Shown here: positions 13,753-20,000 of the stretch, piece after piece
Layout: each line of letters opens with the position of its first letter
How positions within the stretch are numbered: the stretch's first letter is position 1
DNA from: an uncultured virus (IMG/VR IMGVR_UViG_3300029955_000017)
Lineage: Duplodnaviria; Heunggongvirae; Uroviricota; Caudoviricetes
IMG/VR virus record: IMGVR_UViG_3300029955_000017
DNA length: 20,000 bases
Direction: 5' to 3' (one strand)
Position numbers and translations under genes: made by a program
The notes under the pieces: generated by a model
The model's database searches: none
Told to the model about the DNA's origin: nothing
What the model saw: the letters and a program-made list of their open reading frames with translations, nothing else

Positions 13753-16700
13753 ATGAGTTTCGGTAATACCCCGTGGGGTAGCAATTGGGGAGCCGGAGAA
13801 GACGCTGTTCCCCTTGAGAATATTCCCACGAGCCGCCAGTGGGATATCTTCGATTTATCGGGTGTTGCACGACCCGATGACTTGGAGCGCGTCGCTACCT
13901 TTGTTCAAGTGGCTCTTGTCGGAAGTGCTGAAGGATTCTTTCCCAGTTCCTTCAATGTTGCATCTGGGGGAGCGTACCCAGCAACCACCGCTATCCTAGC
14001 GATTGATGTTGCGGTCACAGCTTCCTTCACGGTTCAGTACGACGTTAGCTTTGAGGCGCTCCCCCCGGACTTTAGTGGCTTATCCCAGGACGTTCCTTGT
14101 GGGCCTCATGTTTACCTAGGGGTTTGGGATGCCAATGGGTACGCTGCCGGCTTTTTCATCTCGGAAGAGGGTTGGGCTTATACCGGGGAAGTCACTATCG
14201 ACAGCGATGGAAACATCATCCCCGACCAGCCCGTTACGCAGATTCCGGGAAGCGCCACGTGGACGCAAGTCGGGGTTGAGTACGTTATTCGCGTTGTTGT
14301 CGACGCCAGCGCTCAGCTTTTGTACCTGTTCATTACACCCAGCGCGAGCGCTTCTGCGGGACAGCAGCTTCAGGCCATTCTAGTAGCGCTGCCGACCATC
14401 AGCGACATTCCTAGTGCCGCCTTTGTTTCGGTACTAGGGGCGCCCGAGGCTGTTTCTTGGGTCGAGCTATTCAACTACCAGCTTTCCTCTCAAGCGCTTT
14501 TGTTGTCGGTACCCCCCACCGCGAACGCGGGCAGTGATCAGACGACGCTGTTCTGCAGTATTGTGCAGTTGGATGGTAGTGCGAGTTTTGACCCGCATGG
14601 ACTCGCGCTGACGTACGAATGGCGCTTGGTCGACGCACCGAACGGCAGCATGTTTTTGGCCACGGGCGGTGACGGCCAAACGTTCGAAGAGGTACCCCCC
14701 ACCGGGTTTACCGATACCTTCTACAGCGAAGATTTGGTAGCGATTGATGCACTCGAACCGCTGCAAGTCGGGGATGTATTAACGGACAACGACGGGTCGT
14801 TCACGATCGTTAATATCAATAGAGTAAATCCGTTTTCTGTCCAAGTAGAGTACCAAGATTTGCCCGAGAACATTTCGGGTACGCAGTTCAAAGTACTTCG
14901 ACAGAACGGGATCAATGGAGCAACAACGGTCAAGCCGACGTTCTACCCCGACGTCTTGGCGTTCTTTACGTTTGACCTTCGCGTGAATAACGGCAGCACA
15001 AGTTCGAGCCCCCAGGGAACCAATCGAAGCCGCGTGCTGGTGAACGTGCTCGAGAGCGCGCTTCCAAAGGGATGTCCTATTGATGCGTCCTTCCTGTTCG
15101 ATAATTTGCTGTCGGTCTGGAAGCAGGTTGAGGATCGGGATCGCATCAGCGTCTTTTGGGAGGCGTTGGCGCGCGTTGCGTCCACTGAGCTCTATACGCT
15201 GTGGCAGGTCGAGTACAGCAAGAGCCTTCGGGATATTCAGCGCACCTTTATTCGTCGTTGGATTCACTACGACTTGTTGTTGCCCGAACCGTCGCCGGAG
15301 CTTACCGCCGTGCGTTTCATCTGGGGTGGGATTACCTCCAATGCACTGCCCTCCTCAGGGGTGAGCGGGGTCGCGGGCACGCGCGTGGTGGTGGGCTCTC
15401 CTTTCTTGGCGGCACCCGTGGCCGTCCCCTTGGTCGGACTGGGCACGGTGCCCCCCACAGCCTTCGCGCAAGAGCTGCAGGCACGCCTTCGCGAAGTGTT
15501 GGGGCCTAGCGTCACGGCCACGGTGTGGTGGACGCGCCCCTCAGTTACTTCAGCGCCCATCGGCGTGTTGACGTACCCCGACGCCGTCGCGGGGCTCACT
15601 CTGACCGTTTCCGTGGACGGGGTATCCGCTACGGCCACCGTCGGAACGCCAAGCGATCTTCCCAGCTTTCTGGCGGACTTGGCCGCGCAGTTGCCCGCAG
15701 CCGTGCTGACGCTGACGAGCGCGCAGGGCCTGCGCGTTGGTTCCCCTACCGTGGGCAGCCCCGCCGGGGCGGCGCTCAGCATTGATCTGGGCAGCACACT
15801 GCTTGTGAGCAATGGGGGGCCGCTGACCTTCGCTTCGCTGACCTCGGCGCCCGCGGCGTATGTGCACGTAACCGCCGCGATTCCTTTTGTTCTCCTTGGT
15901 ACATCGACGTCGCCAGGCTTTACGTACCCGTGCGTCAACACCTTGTTAGGGGGTACGGGCGGCGAGGCGTTGAGTGCTTACGCCTTTCGGGTTTCGTGCT
16001 CTCTAAGTGACAGCGCCCTACTGGAAGACGACTTGTTGGTGGTTAACCGGCAAGGGTACCGCGTGGTGCGCGCCGTGGATGACCCTAGCGATGACTTCGC
16101 GTTTCAACGCCTCGTGGTTAAGGACCCCCTTCCACCAACAGTGTTGGGCGGCGCGAGTTGGGTGGTTCCGGGGTGGGTGGATTCCACCTTTTTGAATTTC
16201 TGGGCGGGACTGGTGGACGCGGGCGACCCCGTGGACTTCGAGCTCATCGTTCCGGTCAACGGGCAGAACGTCATCACGTTGGTGTCCACCGTGGCCCTCG
16301 GAGCGAATGCAACGCAGGTCAATCGCCTGGCGGTGGATACGGGACTCTTGGCGGCTCAGCTGTCGCTTCAGCCCGGCGCGTTCGTACGTCTCGCTCGTGT
16401 ACTGCGCCGTCATTTCATTCCGGTGGACAGTCGCATCGTCGATATCCCCACGCTCAGCGATGTCATCGCGATCGTGGATACAGACGAGGTGTTGCTACGG
16501 AACGTGGATTACTTCCTCGAAGCGTTTCGAGGACAGTCGGCCCTGCGTTTCGTGTCGGGTGTTGCGCCCGATGTCGGGGATGTTTTTGAAAGTGAGCGTC
16601 CCCCGGTGCGCTTGTGGGCGGAGTACACCTTTTTCGATAACAGCGATCTCATCGAGGCCAACTTCGGCTCTGCGATCGGTCTAACCCGGGACATGGTACC

Positions 16701-18036
16701 CGCTACCGTGGATTACCTATCGGCGGTGCGGGGCATCTGGTACGCGCGATACAACGGCCCGACGATGCAGAATCTGCGCATCGCCATGCAGATATTCTTA
16801 GGGCTACCCTTTGCGGAAGAAGCGGGCACCATTCTTGAGATCCGCACGGACTTCTTTACGCAGCAAAGCCGTATCCTAATTCAAGATACGGCGAATGCAG
16901 CTCTTGTTCGTTCCTACGTGTACCCCCGTGTTCTTGGCCTCGAAACCAACTCGGTGACGAATGCGCTGTACGCGGTTGGGGATACGGTTACGCAATTCGC
17001 GCCTCTTGTAACGGGCGCCGAGGTCGTGGATTACGTCAAGGATCCCTCGTGGTTTCAGGGGATCTTGATGCAGGGGGTCTTCTACGAAGTTCAGAAGTAC
17101 CACACCTTCTTAATCCAGGTTAATAGCCAGGCGTTCAACCTTGCGTCAGTGGTGTTCGCGCAACAGTTTATTCAGAGCATCAAACCGAAGTACACGATCC
17201 CGCTCTACGTAGTGTCCATGGATGCGGGGGCGTCGGATGGCACCAACGGCGATCAGATTGACGTGGAGGATGACGTCACCATGGTGTTGACGCTTTACCT
17301 GTACGACACACCAGGAGATCGAGAGGGCGCGAGCATTTACTTCGATGAGCCGTGGCCTTCGGGTGCGCGCTACAACAACGAGAGCTGGCGCAACTACTAC
17401 GATCGTGGGGATGACCCGACCGTGGCGCTGCCCGTTTATCCTGGTCCTTCGGCACCAGTACCCTGGGGTTTTGATAAGGAGTGGGTGTGCCCTGCAGACG
17501 AACTTGAGGCAACTCAGTCAGCTGTCTTCCCCGGGGGTACCCTTCCCACGTATGACAGCGTGTTCGCGTATGACCAAAATCTAACATCCCAAGAATTCGC
17601 GACCGTTCTTCCACCTCCTGCGTACCCCGCAACGGTTCCGCTGTTCATCGCACCCTACGGCGGCACGATTCAACGTGCCAGTATTCAGTTGAACGGGCCT
17701 ACCCAGGGGGGCGCTGCGTTAACGCAAGCTGCATGGGTCGCTACCCTTCTCGTTAATGGGGTTGCTGTGGCAATCCTACCGTTTACGCTGGGGTATACGC
17801 ACCCCGTCAACGGCTTCGTTGTAACCCTACCTCAGAACATCGAGCTCACGGTAGCGCTGACGGCTGCGTTGAATGGTGGGGATGCTGTTGCCTTGTCGAT
17901 TGCACCGGTGAGTGCGCTCGAACAAGTGCCGGGCTGGACGCAGATTGTGGCCACGGTGTTCATTGAGCGCGGCGCGTGGGCATTTGATGTACCCTTGGCG
18001 GCGGGAACATATTGTAGTACGGGGGATGTTACATGA
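13753..18036 (+). CDS. large baseplate wedge protein (gpI/gp7-like) with PKD/Ig-like and other beta domains (1427 aa)
   Basis: PKD-like PPTANAGSDQ...VQLDGSASFDPHG..LTYEW. Helical FWEALARVASTELYTLWQ. YLSAVRGIWYARYNGPTMQNLRIAM (gpI-like 'Y...KGT..I') and FIQSIKPKYT (KPAH-like). Located in the baseplate cluster. Confidence 0.7.
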   Translation: MSFGNTPWGSNWGAGEDAVPLENIPTSRQWDIFDLSGVARPDDLERVATFVQVALVGSAEGFFPSSFNVASGGAYPATTAILAIDVAVTASFTVQYDVSFEALPPDFSGLSQDVPCGPHVYLGVWDANGYAAGFFISEEGWAYTGEVTIDSDGNIIPDQPVTQIPGSATWTQVGVEYVIRVVVDASAQLLYLFITPSASASAGQQLQAILVALPTISDIPSAAFVSVLGAPEAVSWVELFNYQLSSQALLLSVPPTANAGSDQTTLFCSIVQLDGSASFDPHGLALTYEWRLVDAPNGSMFLATGGDGQTFEEVPPTGFTDTFYSEDLVAIDALEPLQVGDVLTDNDGSFTIVNINRVNPFSVQVEYQDLPENISGTQFKVLRQNGINGATTVKPTFYPDVLAFFTFDLRVNNGSTSSSPQGTNRSRVLVNVLESALPKGCPIDASFLFDNLLSVWKQVEDRDRISVFWEALARVASTELYTLWQVEYSKSLRDIQRTFIRRWIHYDLLLPEPSPELTAVRFIWGGITSNALPSSGVSGVAGTRVVVGSPFLAAPVAVPLVGLGTVPPTAFAQELQARLREVLGPSVTATVWWTRPSVTSAPIGVLTYPDAVAGLTLTVSVDGVSATATVGTPSDLPSFLADLAAQLPAAVLTLTSAQGLRVGSPTVGSPAGAALSIDLGSTLLVSNGGPLTFASLTSAPAAYVHVTAAIPFVLLGTSTSPGFTYPCVNTLLGGTGGEALSAYAFRVSCSLSDSALLEDDLLVVNRQGYRVVRAVDDPSDDFAFQRLVVKDPLPPTVLGGASWVVPGWVDSTFLNFWAGLVDAGDPVDFELIVPVNGQNVITLVSTVALGANATQVNRLAVDTGLLAAQLSLQPGAFVRLARVLRRHFIPVDSRIVDIPTLSDVIAIVDTDEVLLRNVDYFLEAFRGQSALRFVSGVAPDVGDVFESERPPVRLWAEYTFFDNSDLIEANFGSAIGLTRDMVPATVDYLSAVRGIWYARYNGPTMQNLRIAMQIFLGLPFAEEAGTILEIRTDFFTQQSRILIQDTANAALVRSYVYPRVLGLETNSVTNALYAVGDTVTQFAPLVTGAEVVDYVKDPSWFQGILMQGVFYEVQKYHTFLIQVNSQAFNLASVVFAQQFIQSIKPKYTIPLYVVSMDAGASDGTNGDQIDVEDDVTMVLTLYLYDTPGDREGASIYFDEPWPSGARYNNESWRNYYDRGDDPTVALPVYPGPSAPVPWGFDKEWVCPADELEATQSAVFPGGTLPTYDSVFAYDQNLTSQEFATVLPPPAYPATVPLFIAPYGGTIQRASIQLNGPTQGGAALTQAAWVATLLVNGVAVAILPFTLGYTHPVNGFVVTLPQNIELTVALTAALNGGDAVALSIAPVSALEQVPGWTQIVATVFIERGAWAFDVPLAAGTYCSTGDVT

Positions 18037-18680
18037 ACGCCGACAATGTTCTTATAGAACACCGCCGCGCAGGCATCCTCGTTGAAACGCGCAGTGTTCA
18101 CAATGTTTGGACGTCGGTCGGTAAAGCGTACTTATCCCAATTGGTCGCTTTTCAAGTCATCGATGACGCTATCGGTGACTTTCCGCAAGAAGACCATCGC
18201 ATCAAATACTTTGGGGTGGGCATCGGCGGTAACGAAGCCTCTGGGATAGCGTACGAAACGGTGTTGGCCACAGCGTACCCACCAGGCGAAGATCCTGTCG
18301 GTACGGCAGGCAACGCGTACAACAAGATCAATCCTACGGGACCCTTGATCACCACGCTTGAACGCCCTGTGCGCTTCACGGGAAGTACGCAGCCGTATCC
18401 TAGTGCGCTCTCTTCCGATGTTTGGCTCTCAAACCCTCTTGTGGCGTACTACCGCGATATCAACTCGGTGACGTTTCGCACGACATTGGATGGATCGGCG
18501 GGCATCTTAGCGTACAGCCCCTTTACGATCCTTCCCATTTCTGAGGCAGGGCTCTTCAACTCCGCGGCGTCCCCTAACTTACCGTACAACGCGGCGCTTG
18601 CTTACGTTAATTTCAACGCTCTCTTTTTCCAAAGTGACAGCGTGATCACGTTTTCTTGGACCGTGAGGTTTGCATCGTGA
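18033..18680 (+). CDS. tail collar / fibre-attachment-like protein (DUF3751-like), paralog A
   Basis: HNVWTSVGKAYL...YFGVGIGG...ISEAGLF...ITFSWTVRF follows the N-x-x-T-x-x-G...G-x-G...E-x-GLF...W pattern of tail-collar domains. ATGA coupling at 18033. Confidence 0.7.
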   Translation: MNADNVLIEHRRAGILVETRSVHNVWTSVGKAYLSQLVAFQVIDDAIGDFPQEDHRIKYFGVGIGGNEASGIAYETVLATAYPPGEDPVGTAGNAYNKINPTGPLITTLERPVRFTGSTQPYPSALSSDVWLSNPLVAYYRDINSVTFRTTLDGSAGILAYSPFTILPISEAGLFNSAASPNLPYNAALAYVNFNALFFQSDSVITFSWTVRFAS

Positions 18681-19327
18681 GATTCACGGAAGACATTGAA
18701 GTCAAACAGAACTTGCATCTCATCGCGCGGGAACGCGGAAAGATTGTCGCGCGACGCGATGGGCACAATATCTTCGTGGATCTGGGCCGCGGGTGGCTGT
18801 CGCAGCTCATCGCGTATCAGTCCTATGCTCCCGATGTAGCCCAGCGCGATGACCGCGTGCGCTACATGGGGTTCGGTATTGGTGGGGTTCGCCAGCTTCA
18901 ACTAACGACGGCCAACAGCTCGCCCATCGGAGGCCCTGGCGATCCGTACGCAGCCAGCAGCGCTACAGGCATTGGGGCCAATAATCAAACCGACTTAAAC
19001 CGTGCGGTTACGGCGCTCGAGCGCCCGGTGCGGGTGTCCGGGGGCTCCACCAGCTACCCCGGGGTGAGTGGCGATAAATGGCTGGGCGCTATCCAAGCCC
19101 CCGCGCAACATGCCAGCGGTGTGAGCACCACGTTTGCTCGGCTCTTTCTTCAAACGGAAGTCAGCTACTTACCGTTTGCGTCGGTTCCCTTGAGTGAGGT
19201 TGGGTTGTTCACGTCTGCTGCCGATTCAGGTTTCTACCTCAATACGCTCATTGCGTACGATACGTTTGATACGCTGAGCAAGACGACGGCGATCTCGCTC
19301 GAGGTCTCGTGGACGTTCAACTTTTAG
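18677..19327 (+). CDS. tail collar / fibre-attachment-like protein (DUF3751-like), paralog B (216 aa)
   Basis: GTG 18677 overlaps the previous TGA (GTGA), with GAGG upstream. HNIFVDLGRGWL...YMGFGIGG...LSEVGLF...EVSWTFNF. Confidence 0.72.
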   Translation: MRFTEDIEVKQNLHLIARERGKIVARRDGHNIFVDLGRGWLSQLIAYQSYAPDVAQRDDRVRYMGFGIGGVRQLQLTTANSSPIGGPGDPYAASSATGIGANNQTDLNRAVTALERPVRVSGGSTSYPGVSGDKWLGAIQAPAQHASGVSTTFARLFLQTEVSYLPFASVPLSEVGLFTSAADSGFYLNTLIAYDTFDTLSKTTAISLEVSWTFNF

Positions 19328-19336
19328 GAGTTTGCT

Positions 19337-20000
19337 ATGCCATTTATTCGCTTCAACGACCCCCTTTATAATCTGCAAGGCGGCGCGTATCCGGGAAGTA
19401 TCGGTACCCAAAGCTACGCGCGCGCCAACGTAACCAACGGGGGAACAGGGGGCGGTGACGGGAGTGCAAACGCCGACAGTGCCAAGGTTGGAGGGCCCAA
19501 CGCGGGTACCTACTTCGTGGCGTTTGGGGAAGACGCTACCAGCACGTTTACAAACCGCGGGCTGCGAGCGCTAACCCAGAATACGGACGCGATCGACAAC
19601 ATTCTTCGTGGAAGCCTTCCACGCGTTGAGCGGGATACAATTGTTGTTGGTACGGCGACCGCAAACATCTCGCTCGGAGGTGATGTATTCGTAGGCCCTA
19701 GCGGTACCCTGAACACCCAGGACGCCATCAATCGTTTGGTTTATCTCGAAAACAGCGACGGAAGCGTTTTGTGGGTCTCGGGGCAGATACCGCTTTGCTC
19801 CCTCATTCACAATGGTGCGGGTGTCAATGTTTTGGGCACCGCGGCCGATGGATTCTACACCAACCCCACCCTGCGCTTTCCTGTTCTAATCCCTCCGGGG
19901 ACGTACACACTTTTTGTTGGACGACGCACCAGTTACGCCAACTTGTTGGAAGCCCGCGCGGGCGATTGGGTTGCGGAGCACTTGCTGGGACGCGCGTACG
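19337..20000 (+). CDS. probable tail fibre protein, N-terminal part (runs off the right edge)
   Basis: Not in the ORF track. AGGAG SD and ATG 19337; the frame is open to the window end (MPFIRFNDPFYNLQGGAYPG...). GEDATSTFTNRGLRALTQNTDAID resembles the 'GE...NR...L...T..L' fibre N-terminal anchor motif. Confidence 0.7.
   Translation, partial: MPFIRFNDPLYNLQGGAYPGSIGTQSYARANVTNGGTGGGDGSANADSAKVGGPNAGTYFVAFGEDATSTFTNRGLRALTQNTDAIDNILRGSLPRVERDTIVVGTATANISLGGDVFVGPSGTLNTQDAINRLVYLENSDGSVLWVSGQIPLCSLIHNGAGVNVLGTAADGFYTNPTLRFPVLIPPGTYTLFVGRRTSYANLLEARAGDWVAEHLLGRAY

Noticed and set aside
5465..19327. Bacterial eCIS/T6SS/R-pyocin locus
   Set aside because: The adjacent ligase, nucleotidase and dense small hypothetical genes fit a phage genome, and no Tss or Afp-specific genes were recognised.
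1..20000. Stop-codon reassignment, as seen in some large phages
   Set aside because: Long genes are intact in the standard code, and TAA, TAG and TGA each end genes at tight junctions (e.g. 10252, 13751, 18036).

Overview
The window looks like a fragment of a large, GC-rich (about 60% by eye) tailed phage or prophage with a contractile, myovirus-type baseplate. Bases 1-4280 are a mostly minus-strand block of small non-structural genes: the N-terminus of a HAD 5'(3')-nucleotidase, several hypotheticals, an XRE-HTH/Cys-rich fusion and an ATP-dependent DNA ligase resembling the ASFV/phage type. One plus-strand lytic transglycosylase-like gene interrupts this block. Bases 4389-20000 are a plus-strand structural block: a hypothetical, a DUF1906 glycoside hydrolase, a gp25-like wedge, a 1375-aa baseplate J-like protein, a collagen/LamG fibre, a 1427-aa PKD plus gpI-like wedge protein, two paralogous tail-collar-like proteins and a truncated tail fibre. 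One antisense Zn-ribbon gene sits inside it. Three observations stand out. (i) A promoter-to-terminator unit of about 80 nt with no credible ORF lies at 5333-5447; it is a candidate sRNA starting with an anti-Shine-Dalgarno-like CUCCUU. (ii) A TA[G/C]nnT-N6-start motif recurs and suggests -35-less promoters making leaderless mRNAs. (iii) The ligase deviates at all four positions I recall as fidelity determinants in the error-prone ASFV ligase. No tRNA, rRNA, CRISPR array, IS element or integrase was seen. All product calls come from recognising motifs by eye; no database searches were run.
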